From: Phoronis australis
Taxonomy: Eukaryota > Animalia > Phoronida
Direction of reading: 5' to 3'
Assembly (NCBI GenBank): GCA_002633005.1
Contig: NMRA01000344.1
Location: forward strand, 165,365 to 229,364
DNA length: 64,000 nucleotides
This document shows positions 1 through 11,949 of the stretch, piece after piece (positions within the stretch are counted from its first letter, which is position 1; each line of letters opens with the position of its first letter). A program made the translations under genes and the position numbers. The notes under the pieces were generated by a model, which was not told the origin of the DNA, made no database searches, and saw only the letters and a program-made list of their open reading frames with translations.

Positions 1-20
1 GTACATCTTTTGTTTTAGAT

Positions 21-460
21 ACTGGAATAGACAGTGACACTCGGTTCCTGATGTATGGGAAAGCATCCTTTAACAACTGTTCTACAACTGTCCTTGATTG
101 CTTTCAAAAAGCGGTAATGAAGTAAGGTGTACCCTCGCGAGTTAGATGTGACCATGGTGCATTCATGGAAATGTTCCGTGGTCTGGACAGAGGGAGTGCC
201 ATTCAAGGAAAAAGTGTGCACAATCAGAGGATAGAAAGACTGTGGCGAGATATGTGGCGTGGTGTCACCAATGAGTACCATGAGATGTTTCATTTTTTAG
301 AGGAGAAACGTGTTTTGGATCCAGATGATCAGCTGTCCTTTTGGTGCTTGCACTATGTGTTTTTACTCAAAATTAATCAATCATTGAAAGCCTTTTAAGG
401 TCAATGGAACCACCATGGTTTGTGAACAGAGAAGGGCAAGTCATCATACAGGCTGTTTGT
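21..460 (+). pseudogene. Decayed integrase-core (DDE) transposase of the eukaryotic '[13 protein letters not shown]' family
   Basis: One frame reads [104 protein letters not shown]. It contains the family motifs GIDxxSR, PSRVRxDx[12 protein letters not shown] and WNxH. In-frame stops at 123-125, 396-398 and ~423. Confidence 0.85.
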
Positions 461-1705
461 TCTGCAAGTGTTGGCACTGCCGTACAGCAATCTGACTGCT
501 GAGCTGTTCGAGAAACATGTCTACAAATTCTGATCTACATACCCAATAATGAATAACTCCAGAATGTTCTCCATGTCCTCTCTCAAGTAAAAACCTATCT
601 TGGCTTGACGAACTTGTATCTTCACTATACATTACAGAAACTCACATCTTACAAGTGTATCAGAAAACACTGCGATTTGTAAATTCTATTACAAGTTCAT
701 ATTCATAGGCGAGGTGCTCATTTTAATTTACCAGTTGAAATGGTATTTCACAAGCTAGTAACTTGTAATCTGTTATACTAGAGTTTCTGCATTGAATGGG
801 AAGGATTCATTAAGTTGTCAGTTTGTTCTGTCAATTCCTTCCTGTGTATGTTTGACGTTGTAATTTGTGGGATTCTGCTCTCGACTTGCTTTAAATGTGA
901 TTTTTACAAGTGATATATATTTATTGAAGAATACACAGAACATAAAAAGAAATAATAACAAACCCAGAAACCGCGAAGCATTATATCTGGGTTGTAAACA
1001 ATCCATAAATGAAACTAATATACATATAGGTACATACAATTAAGTAGTATCTAATCCAATACTTAGATATGCTATTACAGATATATAAAAACAAAAATAT
1101 GTACAGATTCATGTAGGGAAATCAGATGCAACAATATTAAATGTGATTTTAAAGCCTTGATATTTGTGGTCATGGCTGAATTGCTGTTCAAAGACCTGTG
1201 ACTATGATAAAGCTTCAATTAGAAGCCTGGGCATTAATAAATTTCTGACATGATATTGATTGGATGTATTTTTAATTACTAGGCCAAACCTACGATGAAA
1301 AACAGGAAACATCCTCATTATCAATCATCCCCAAGGATGTGTCAAGGTATTAAAGAATTTTTACAGCTTTTCTTACATAATTCATGTTCTCAATGGAAAT
1401 AACATAAAATTACTTTGTGCCAATTTTTTATTGGGACATCCCATAGCTCCTATATCAGCTGAATGCTTTTGGGGCACCTGATATTACCACCACTGTTGAA
1501 GGTGAAACTGCTATTCCTAGGCAAATCTCAAACACTTGTATTGCTAAGCAATTTCATATATTGTGTTGTACAAGTCCTTCAAACATATCTTGAAAAGAAA
1601 CAGAAGTATTGTATGGTAATCCTATAATTCAAATGTCATGCCTCTGGCCACCGTATGGCTTCTCAATTAGAGAGACATTGTCCCTTTATTAAAGGCATCT
1701 CTACT

Positions 1706-1991
1706 CAGTAGCGGATCTAGGATACCATAAGGGGTGCCCAACATGGTGCCTTGGGGAATTGGGCAAAGCGCGATTGTATGTGCACAGGGGCCCGAAAGTT
1801 ACGGGGGCCGGGATGTGCCGGACGTTCCCTTCAGAAAATCTATCGGTGGACACGATTCCTCTGGTATGTGAGCCCCCCTCATCCGCTACCGGTCCTAGTT
1901 GCTGAACTCTATATTTCCTCACGGTTCACGCTGTTGCTGCTTCATTTTGCGTACGGCAGCCGGGGGGGCGACCCCCCTAAATCCTCCTATG
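1706..1991. mobile_element. GC-rich MITE with 5-bp TSD
   Basis: Imperfect TIRs CAGTAGCGGATCTAGG...CCTAAATCCTCCTATG, flanked by CTACT at 1701-1705 and 1992-1996. Confidence 0.75.
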
Positions 1992-2349
1992 CTACTTATT
2001 GTTTTAAGTTCAAACGCACGACATGTTTAAGAGTTCTTGCAAATCCCTACTCGTACTTGGCTAAGAAGTGCAAGAAACATTCATTTCCCTGTATGAAGGC
2101 CATTACCGATGTAAGGTAAAAAACAGAAAAACACGGTCAAACGCATTAAAATGATGCTGTGGTCAGTAAAATTTATTAAAAGACTTTTTCACTGACCAAT
2201 TTAATGCATTTTACGGCGTTTTAGTTTTTAGTACTTCAAAGAACAAACAATAACAGGCAACAACTTTCTCACAAAAAAACAACTTTTACCATACCCTGTC
2301 TTCACCGAGCATTTGACGTAAAAAATATATTATAAAAATGGCCAGCACT

Positions 2350-2497
2350 CAGGGGCACATCCAGAATTTTGAGTTAGGGGGGCCAGGGAGGAGTATTTGC
2401 CCGTCAGACATTTGCACCCCCGTACTACCAAATGGAATCTGGGAGAATATTAGGGGAGGGCATGGCCCCCTTACCCCCGCCCTTAAATTCCCCTTTG
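2350..2497. mobile_element. Short GC-rich MITE with 5-bp TSD (one mismatch)
   Basis: Ends CAGGGGCACATCCAG...TTAAATTCCCCTTTG, flanked by GCACT (2345-2349) and GTACT (2498-2502). Confidence 0.6.
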
Positions 2498-3196
2498 GTA
2501 CTGCCTCGTGTAAAAACACAACCTCACAATCTACACGACAGCCTGTCTCCACTGAGCAAGACTGTAATAGCAACTGGTACATCTTCAGTGATCAAGCGAA
2601 TAAAACCTACAACTGTTGGCACAGCACTGTGAAAATCACCGTGACTCCAAGGTAACTGAGTCATCCACTCCTCGTCACTCACAGCATTGCCTCGTTTATA
2701 TTTATAACAATTTGACGTTGCATGCTATTCTAACGCAGAAGCCACCGTTATACTGTTGCTGGGCGCTACACTCCACAGAGGTGGATTATGATTCATTTAA
2801 TTGATACGAGTGTGAATGTTAACTTGTCCCTTATTCGTCAAATGCAAAGTGGGATGGCCAATGACCTTTTAGGCAAGTCAAATATCGGGTCAGTTGGGGC
2901 GTAAACTGACTGACATCGAAGCATACATGTAGGTCATAGCTGAGCAAATGAAAACGTCTTATTGGTCCCACAGTAATGGGGCGGTAACTTGACACACTTG
3001 GGAAGTACATTTCGAGTCAACTCTGACGCGCCTTGATGACTCGTAACGTGTCTGAAAAGACCCGTCAGAAGGTGACGCTAGGGGCGTTCCATATTTGCGG
3101 ACTGTGTCGTGTCCTCTATAGCTCATTGAATATTCATATGTATGTGGGAAAACCTATACCAATACTGGTTCACGTGCCAACGCGATTAAATCAGTA

Positions 3197-3919
3197 TTAC
3201 AAGCCAACGAGATGATTTTTACACTCTTTGAGATTATCCTCCAATTGTTCTGCTAAACTCAGGAATTCTTGAGATAGCTTCGTTTTCTTTTTATCTGAAA
3301 GTGCAGCAGCGGACTCGATCAGCTCATGCATTGTAAGAGGAATGGCAACGATAGTCATTACGCCACCTAAAATGTGAATCTGCTGTGCAGTTTTAGTAAG
3401 TGACTCAAACATGGTGGTACTGCTGCATGTACTTTTAACCAACTTTATAGCTCCGCTAGATGCACTGTAAGCAGATGTCAACGGGGAAATTCCTTTTTTT
3501 GCAGTTACCAACACTTCAGCAGGTTTGAGTTTCTTCTTGTTTAGCAATGTTTGAAATCGTGTCATTAGTTCTCTATCCCTCTTAATCATAAGTTTCCGTT
3601 CTTTTCTAAACCTGCATTTCTGAACAAGGTCACCAATATTAGCTCCCAAGGTCGTTGCTCCTCCTGATGCTGCGACTGCAGCGCCAGCTATTCCTAATGC
3701 TGCAGAGGCTCCAAACGTGAAGAAAGAGGCACCGAATCCTACAACTGACATTCCTGCTCCTACCAAGGAAATTGAAGCACCCGCAACCTTTGACCTGCGC
3801 ACGTGAACGTCGATTCCATCATACTCTTCAGACATTTGTCTCAACATCTTGATGATCTGCTCTCTGTTGGATAACCAGTCTTCTATAACCTCACGATGTG
3901 ACGTCTCCTCAGTAGACAT
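3197..3919 (-). CDS. Apolipoprotein L family protein (240 aa), single coding exon
   Basis: Intact ORF with the ApoL Gly/Ala-rich hydrophobic hairpin (RRSKVAGASISLVGAGMSVVGFGASFFTFGASAALGIAGAAVAASGGATTLGANI), a second hydrophobic helix (ILGGVMTIVAIPLTMHELIESAAAL) and a C-terminal amphipathic helix (KLSQEFLSLAEQLEDNL). The ATG at 3919 has Kozak context GCCACAATG. A splice acceptor (TTTTGTACAG, AG at 3931-3930) precedes it, which implies a non-coding upstream exon. Confidence 0.85.
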   Translation of the reverse strand: MSTEETSHREVIEDWLSNREQIIKMLRQMSEEYDGIDVHVRRSKVAGASISLVGAGMSVVGFGASFFTFGASAALGIAGAAVAASGGATTLGANIGDLVQKCRFRKERKLMIKRDRELMTRFQTLLNKKKLKPAEVLVTAKKGISPLTSAYSASSGAIKLVKSTCSSTTMFESLTKTAQQIHILGGVMTIVAIPLTMHELIESAAALSDKKKTKLSQEFLSLAEQLEDNLKECKNHLVGL

Positions 3920-4029
3920 TGTGGCAATTCTGTACAAAATAATATCTTAGTCTTAATATTATAGAAGTCGGAGCCTTGGTTGCGGGCGAAAGTCAACAAT
4001 TAGTGTTAAAAACTCCGACCATGTTCACG

Positions 4030-4277
4030 CATGCGCGCACCCACGGGGGGGCTCGTTCGAGCCCTCCACCCCATTTGGCGAAGTGGACAAAAAGGTCCGC
4101 CTCAGAAAGACAAAAAGCCCGAGACAAAAGTCCATTAAGAAGACGCAGACGCACATTTCACAGTCCTGAAGGTGGTACCCCTTTTTTTCATTTTTAGTCC
4201 TCCCGCTTTATTGTCAGGAAAAGGTCCACTTCGTCAAAAATTCGAGCCCCCCATATTAAAGGCTAGGTGCGCGCATG
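4030..4277. mobile_element. GC-rich MITE with 5-bp TSD
   Basis: Perfect 12-bp TIR CATGCGCGCACC...GGTGCGCGCATG; TSD TCACG at 4025-4029 and 4278-4282. Related to 10253-10484. Confidence 0.85.
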
Positions 4278-4519
4278 TCACGGTGAATAATAAAAGCTCC
4301 GTATTACAAATAAGGTTTCTAAAGCAGACCTCGGAAATAAAAGCACAAGGTTTTTGTCGTAGTTGAGGTGAACCCATGATTTCATGACCTCTGAGACCGA
4401 TCTGTTGATTCACTTTGTAATTCCAGCCATCAAGGCTTGTATGCGGGGTGTTACGGTATTTTGCTCAATATGGCCAATGATACGTGGCTATGAATGATAC
4501 TTTTGCTCAAACCGAAACA

Positions 4520-4665
4520 ATCACGTCTCATCCATCACAAATAACAACTCTTTGTCATCAACAAACCCGTCTCATCCCAAATAACGTCTCGTTGTCATCC
4601 AACAAACACGTCTCATCCGAAATAACGTTTCTTTGTCCTCAACAAACTCGTTTCGTTTGAGATAT
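4520..4665. repeat. Minisatellite, ~41-44-bp unit x3.5
   Basis: Unit approximately CACGTCTCATCCGAAATAACGTTTCTTTGTCCTCAACAAA. Confidence 0.75.
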
Positions 4666-4945
4666 TACCTTTCATTATTGACACTCATGTTTTCACTTGA
4701 CAATAGAAAAGCATTTGAGCAATAAGGGGCATCAAATTCTTATTGTGAGAGTTTTTGTTAATGCTATGCAAACATAAGAAATGTAGTGATACGACACGAA
4801 CCATGCAAATCACAAATAAACCTTTCATGTAATTTAGCAGTGCGCATGACACAGCAAGTTATTACTTTCGCATCCTCTGGTAGACTGCATACGTGCTACT
4901 ATGAAAAATGGCTTGTAGATCAAAGTCATGAGAACCATTAGTCTC

Positions 4946-5277
4946 CTGCCCAGGGTTAAATATTTTTACTCAAAATGTTACCGAGATATTATTCTTGACA
5001 TTTTCTTTTCTACTTTTGTGCAAATTCAAGTGACTTATGTTCTTTTCTCGAGTAGATAAGGGCTTACTTGGATAACCGTCTAATCTCGAGTTTTCACTCG
5101 AGAGTGTAAAGCGAATCTAAGGGTAACCAAGTGTAAACTTGGATTAGAAACTCGTATACATAAGTCATAATATGTACTCGAGCATACAGCAATATCCACT
5201 TATGCAGAGTTCGCACAAAAATAGAACAGAAAACGCCAAAAAATAATTTCGAGTACGGTGATTAGACCAGGCCTCTG
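4946..5277. mobile_element. Diverged copy of the Harbinger-like MITE family at 14288-15086
   Basis: Shares AAACTTGxAxTAGAAAC, TCGAGCA, AGTTCGCACAAAA and the ..AGACCxGGCCxCTG end with 14288-14698. Confidence 0.65.
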
Positions 5278-5559
5278 CTGAGAAAAGTAGTCAAAAACGC
5301 CCTGTTTAATCTAAATGTTGTTTCAAGTTTGCAATATTTTTTTAATCGATACTTGGCAAGAAGTGTGTCCTCGTCGAGGAAGTAATCGCAGTCATCATGT
5401 TGTCAAGTTATTCGACTTTCACGGTTGCGCCAACCTTGAGTCAGCATTAAGTGGTTTTCAGATATTTTGCAGTCTAACGAATTGTCCGTACATTTACATA
5501 TTTTGGAAAGATCCCTTGTATTCAAGTGGCTTTGGAGAAGTCATCCCTACCAAAATCTC

Positions 5560-5576
5560 GAAAACGAAACCGAAAG
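5560..5576. promoter_or_regulatory. Candidate ISRE/IRF-binding element upstream of the ApoL gene
   Basis: GAAA-AC-GAAA-CC-GAAA-G: three GAAA half-sites at the canonical 2-nt spacing, about 1.6 kb 5' of the ApoL ATG. Function is inferred only. Confidence 0.45.
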
Positions 5577-6082
5577 CTGCCCTTTCGAAATATGGGGATG
5601 GGCATTTGAGAAAGCTTCGTAAATATAACTCTTGTTTTGTCATTGAAAATTTATAACGAATCTAAACAAACACACGTAAAGACAATAACGCAATTCCGCG
5701 ACAGTTTACCTTCTTTCAACTGTTAATTAGAGCTCGTGGTAGAAAGGCCTTCTTGTCCTCCCGAATTTTCCCTGGAGATATAAGTTGACACTGTAGGTCA
5801 CATAAAGAGGATGTTTGCCGTCATTTACGGGGGTTCTACCATGCGTTCCATAAACTGAAAGGTGTCGAAAAATTGCCGTTTGTTGAGAAGACGTTTGAAA
5901 TGGAGGTGCATGGACATCGCCAGGTTTTCACATGTCTTCGTGCACAAAAGTAGCGCAGTTGTAAATACTTTTTTGATGAAAACCGTCAACTGGTTAGAGA
6001 AAGTGGACAATCATACTCGATGAATGACGTCATGTGACGTATAGCCATTGGTTTTGACTCACTCGCACGTTATGTGTACACT

Positions 6083-6320
6083 GCCCCATGTGGGAGCCGA
6101 CACAGCCGCATAAGGAAGTCGACGCAGTTCTCTATGTGGGAGCCTACACAGCAGCATGTGGGAGCCTACAGAGCCGCATGAGGGGGCCGACACAGTTCTA
6201 TGTGGGAGCCGACACAGTCGCATGTGGGAGCCGGCACAGTGGCATGCGGGAGCCGACACAGCCGCATGGGGGCCGAAACAGCCCTATGTGGGAGTCGACA
6301 CATCCGCATGTGGGAGCCCT
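6083..6320. repeat. 22-bp minisatellite, ~11 copies
   Basis: Consensus GCCGCATGTGGGAGCCGACACA. It explains the overlapping short ORFs in the ORF track. Confidence 0.9.
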
Positions 6321-6798
6321 AAAATGAACGTAGTCGGATTTCAATGCTCTGTGTATCACTTGTAAGACCGGGATCTAGAGCTATTTTGAGCATGAAAAGG
6401 TGACCAATTTTCTTTGGTGCCACAATGCTCTATGGGTATCCTGATGCTTGGAAATGGCCGTCTGGCACGTTCGCTCTGGTGTGTGTGGTCAAAAATTGAG
6501 CTAGATCAACTTTTCTGGTAACCTCTTCAAACTGCCTTGGATACCTACTACGTAATCCACTGTATCAAAATTGGTCACTGTCGGACAATTTCAGTGGTCG
6601 GGGAGTATCAGCCAGACGGTTATAAACAAGGTAAAAAATTGAGACCAATCAAAGAGGTAACCGCATGAAACCAGTTGCAAAATATTCACCGTGAGCCTAG
6701 GTATCACGAAATAATATTGCCAGACAAATCTAGTAGTGGGTTAGCCCCGCCAGACACGCCCAAATACCCGAGTTGAGCTAGATCAACCCATCAGGTAA

Positions 6799-7732
6799 CA
6801 GTGGCGGATCTACGGGGGGGTTCAGGGGGTTTAAACCCCCCCCCNNNNNNNNNNNNNNNNNNNNNNNNNNNNNNNNNNNNNNNNNNNNNNNNNNNNNNNN
6901 NNNNNNNNNNNNNNNNNNNNNNNNNNNNNNNNNNNNNNNNNNNNNNNNNNNNNNNNNNNNNNNNNNNNNNNNNNNNNNNNNNNNNNNNNNNNNNNNNNNN
7001 NNNNNNNNNNNNNNNNNNNNNNNNNNNNNNNNNNNNNNNNNNNNNNNNNNNNNNNNNNNNNNNNNNNNNNNNNNNNNNNNNNNNNNNNNNNNNNNNNNNN
7101 NNNNNNNNNNNNNNNNNNNNNNNNNNNNNNNNNNATAATAGACTATGAGTTGAGAGCACCATCGTTCGCCAGTTTTTCTCGTAAGGAGACAGAACACATG
7201 TTTATTTCCGGACTAACAGTACAGGTCTTCGTTCTTAAACAACTTGAGGCTGCTGTTATGCGATCATCTGATATTCAATTTTTTTCGCCCCGTCGGTGCT
7301 CCTTAATTATGCTCTTGAATATTTGGAAATTGTCTTAACCCCTGTATACACACCACACTTTTTCGTATACGACTTTTTTATGCTAAAAAGGTGTGTGTAA
7401 GCAGATGTTCCAACAAAAATTTTTGCTGGTGGCGTGACTCATACCCAGATGTTCACAATATGGTTTCACGAAACTTATGTGCCAAGTTCATGTGACGAAA
7501 TCGAGAAGGGTTTTTAATTATCTTAAGAAAAACTCCAGAGACATGTTAAGTGCCAGAAACTTTCCAGGATGCATGGAAATTTCACTATTTGGCTATAAAA
7601 ACAAAAAAATATCTTACACGGGAGGGGGAACCCCCCCTCCCGACCTCCCCCCGCTCGGCGCCACGCGCCTAGGATTCGACCTTGGCGGGAATCCTAAACC
7701 CCCCTCTTGCTGAAAACGTAGATCCGCCACTG
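6799..7732. mobile_element. Non-autonomous DNA transposon with 15-bp TIRs and 5-bp TSD
   Basis: CAGTGGCGGATCTAC...GTAGATCCGCCACTG; TSD GGTAA at 6794-6798 and 7733-7737. Neighbouring uninterrupted repeat units have a single GGTAA. Spans an N gap. Confidence 0.85.
6845..7134. other. Assembly gap (290 N)
   Basis: Run of N following a poly-C tract. Confidence 1.
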
Positions 7733-10252
7733 GGTAACCGTTTGAAACCAATTGCATGATGTTCAGCATCACTGTGCATGGCACAACAGTTAGATGCCAG
7801 ACACTTTTCAGTGGTAGGGTGCCCGTGCCAGACGATTATTAAAAAGGGTTAAAATTTGAGCTAGCTCAACCTAAGAGGTAACCGCTTAAAACCAGTTCCA
7901 AAATATTCACCGTAAGCCCAGGTATCACGAATAAGCACTGCCAGACAAATCTAGTGGTGGGTTAGCCAGGCCAGACACACCCAAATACCTGAGTTGAGCT
8001 AGATCACCCAAGAGGTAACCGCATGAAACCAGTTGCAAAATATTCGCCGTAAGCCCAGGTATCGAGAATAAATACTGCCAGACAAATTTTGTGGTGAGAT
8101 ATCCCCGCCAGACACGCCCACCAGGTAACCGTTTGAAATCAATCGCCCGATGTTCAGCATCACTGCACGTGGCACAACAGTAAGATACCTCAATCAGACA
8201 AATAAAGTGTCGAAACAAAATTGATTCCCAATGAATAAGCATCACATTGAGGAAACAGGCACTTCGATTCTCAATAAAGCCACTGAGTTCGTACGACATA
8301 GGTCAAAACACAAGATGAGAGATTTTTGTTCGCAAGTTCAGGGCATGAAAACCAGAAACATCGCGCCTGATGTTGCAGCGACCTCACAAGTCCATGCGAA
8401 AACAGCGGAATACTCCACATGATTCACTATAAAAAATAAAACCTAAAAATCCGTCCGAAACGGATAGCACACTGTGTTTGCACGAATTTTGATTTTTCGT
8501 TGTCCAATTTTACCAGTCTAAACTGCGTCCCTCTGGTTTCGGACGGGTCATTTGATGCACGAACTGCTAAAACGAGTAATAATCGAAATGCCGTCTTTTG
8601 CTGTGATCTGCGTCTTGTATGCGAGCCAACTGCCTTCGTTTCACACAGTGATTGATGGCAAATTTGGCAAAACTGATCAGTTTTTGGGCAATCTCGATCT
8701 TTCCCATAAACCGAGCCCACAGAGAACTCCAGAGACGCGTCAAGAACAATATATCATCATATCAACATTTTCCGGACTATGCTAGATGAATTCTTTGCCA
8801 GATGGGGAACAATGTTTTACCAAAAGTTGAAATTCGCAGATCCATTATTATGTGAAGTGCTGGAAAACGGTGCGTTCTAAGTGCTACGTGCGAGGAAGAA
8901 CTTCAATACATCGGCTGTGGAACAGTGCGTAGTTTTCATGCTTGATATGTTGTTCTCTACAAAAGCCTAAAAACACCTCTGCGGCACCCGATATTGGGTA
9001 TGTGTGGTCGTGTTAGATTTCAGGGAAACTATCAAAGCTGTAACGTACATGTAGATAAAACATTCTGTTCATGTTGCGAACATGTTATTCACAATTCGTG
9101 GGTATAACGAGTCCTGATAGTTTTTCAGTTTAGTTAGATTGACAATCTTTGTACGACACAGATATGCGTACCATTGAACTGTTCGCTTTTTTGTCTTCAT
9201 AGTGAATATAAAACACGTTTGAAGTTTGAATTAATTATTCATAGATGTTGTATATGGTGCTCAGTCACCGTGGCGACGGCCCTGCGCATCCACATTGGGG
9301 AGGGGGTATCCAACCACTATGTATAATCTTTTTGGAAATAGTGACTGAATCGCAGTTGAATTAAATAAAGATTCTAGTTTATGCTTCACCTTTTTACTGT
9401 TATTTTTAATAGTACAGGCCCGTAGCTGGGGGAGGGTTCGGGGGTTCAATCGAACCCCTCTCCCGATTAAAAGGTCCAGTCCCAGCATATTCGTTAAAGA
9501 TAGGATATGAATGGACATTAACAACAAAATTGTTGCAGGTATTGGTGCTACAAACTTCAGTGATAACTAAGTTAGTTATAATTTTGAATTTGCTTCTGAT
9601 TCAAAGCGGTTCACGTGGCATCGGGCCGTACTCGGCAAACTTCGCCTGAGTGCCCCTGTTTATTAGTCTAGTTGCCAGCCCAATAGCTCTCATGGTGAAC
9701 CCTGCAATGTTGATTACTGTAAAGTTTTTTGTTGAAATATATTAAATATGATCAGGAGAACAAAATTAGCTTGGTTGCACTAAGTGCAACTTTGAGCATT
9801 TTTTGCAATTCAAGATGGCGGATTCCGCCATTTTGAATTTCGATCCACTTTGTTTTTTTCAACTTGATGACAAACAGGGTCATGTAATACATTGTTTATA
9901 CCATTTTCTGTGATGGGGAGTCCATTTCTGGTGTTATTTTATTAAAACGAAGTCATTTTCAAGGTCAAACCAGAGGTCAAATGTCAAAACTGCCTAGCAG
10001 CCTTGTGACATTTAGTTTTTCATCTCATTATTTTTTAATTTCTTCGTTAACCTCTTCAAGATATGTTGTCAAAATGCTCTCTATTACATACATGTACTAT
10101 AGTGGGCCAAACATTTTGCTCACAAGTTTCATGAGGGTTGCATTGGCACAATAGAGAAAGCACATGGCATGGAAATGCTCATACGCTCAGCACTTCAATG
10201 CTGGTGTGTCTAGTATGGTTAAACGCATTTGTTTCATTTTATAACACTAATA

Positions 10253-10484
10253 CATGCGCGCACCCAGTCCAAAATATGAGGGGCTCAAATTTTTGGCAAT
10301 GTGGACCTTTAATAAACAAAAAATATGGGACTAAAAAACGAGATATCACGTTCATTCGCGCCTTTTTAGTTGACTTTTGTCCCGTTTTCTCGGATTTCTT
10401 GTTGTTTTGGGGCGAACCTTTTTGCAAACTTCGCCAAATGGGGGGCTCGGTCGAGCCCCCGAGTCCCCCTTGGGTGCGCGAATG
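10253..10484. mobile_element. GC-rich MITE with 5-bp TSD, nested in the Academ-like element
   Basis: CATGCGCGCACCCA...TGGGTGCGCGAATG; TSD TAATA at 10248-10252 and 10485-10489. Inverted relative of 4030-4277. Confidence 0.85.
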
Positions 10485-11949
10485 TAATATGATAAATTTT
10501 CTCTCGATCAAGTGAACTTCAAAGAAGATAGGATACAAGAGTTGTGAACTATAAAGACAGTAACAATGGCAGAAATAAATCACTGGGCTTCATTGTCCAA
10601 CTTTATTTTGTGTGTGGGTATTTTGTGAGTAAATAACAAATTAATAAACCATTCGTAAAATTTTGAGACAATTTAGGAAGATCGAGTAAGAAAGTCGTAG
10701 TTACGGTGTTTTTTTGGAGTAGTGGACCTTCAGAGTAGCTTTTTCTTCGGAGCGGTGGCATGGGCCATCGGAGTATTAACCTGTTACACGCCAGTATAGT
10801 CAAAGGAAAGGCTAGACTCGATGCTCTGTACTAGGTATACAATCTCATCACAGCCATGTTGTCTACTCAAATGGGGAGAAGTCTTATGAAGAGCTGATGG
10901 TTTACCTAAAGATGGTCCTTCAACAACCCTGTCCTAAGGAGATGTTGACATATTTCTTCGTAACAGGTCACCATAATGGCGTACGGCACCTGCGCTGGTG
11001 TAGCAGTTTTCAAAATAAACCAAACAACGTGGAAATTCTTTTCGACTAGATTACGATAGTGCCTCTATGTACGTTGTCTTAATTTTCACAATTTGCATGT
11101 AACTCCATTCATAAATTAACAGTAAACTGCTCGGCGCAATAAAGTCAACCTAAACTACGACAAAAGTTCGGAAACGTGCGATAAGTGTTCGACTAAGGTG
11201 CCAAACATTTCTGGCAAGAAGTTTATACGAAGTTTAGCAGCTTGACAGAGTTCGTTCGAAGCTTATATTGAAGTTTACTGTGTGTGGAGAACCTGTCCAA
11301 TAATGTCAAAAAGTTCTACTCGAACCTGCACACAGCTGTCAACACTTGGATGACAAGACTGTAGTACCATCTGACCAATTCGAAGCACAGGCATACTGTA
11401 TATCAAACGAGTAAAAGGTTCTGGGATTATAAGGGAATTTTATTGAGAACCGAGCAATTTAGTGGTCATGTGGTTAAAGAGTTTCAGTGGGTGTGCCCGC
11501 CTTGATACTGTCATGGAGAACACAAGTCATGTGGAATGAATGTGGTGACGAGCAAACGTCACGTAGTGGAGTGATAGGATAAAGACTAAGTACAAGAAGG
11601 GAGTAGTGGACCTGGACGAGGATAACTTGAGAAAGATTGCAGAGGAGATAGAGAAGCACAGACACTCCGCTCAATGACCAGCAGTAATATCTCCATAACA
11701 CCTCCAATCGCCTAGTAGATTCCAGAACGAGCTGGTCATTGGGCATGAGCAGAGCAGTCAGATTTTTAGTTTTGGTAAGTAGTGAATGTTACAAAACAAT
11801 TAAGAAAAAGTCAAAATGCCGGAAGTGATGAAGAAGCCTGTGCTGTACAAGGAAGGCCATGGCGTTGAGATGCTGTTCAGTTGCCTGTTAGTCGTAAAAC
11901 AGCAATGTAACATTAACATAGCTGATATCTTTTAGTGTGAACTTATTGA

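Larger units (their letters stand above)
6490..8190. repeat. Diverged ~140-bp tandem repeat array interrupted by a MITE
   Basis: The unit TTGAGCTAGATCAAC..GGTAACCGCATGAAACCAGTTGCAAAATATTC..GCCAGAC recurs at ~6496, 6639, 6773, 7856 and 7994. Confidence 0.8.

Noticed and set aside
1100-1680. Possible decayed HECT-like gene converging on the integrase remnant
   Set aside because: Only one weak fragment (LIEALS*SQVFE) and no continuous frame.
3920-3937. TTG-initiated 6-aa N-terminal extension of ApoL in the ORF track
   Set aside because: It overlaps the splice acceptor; the ATG at 3919 has a strong Kozak context.
6059-6365. Three overlapping repetitive ORFs
   Set aside because: By-products of the 22-bp minisatellite.
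6778-7197. ORFs spanning the N gap (also 26841-27026)
   Set aside because: Artefacts of N runs.
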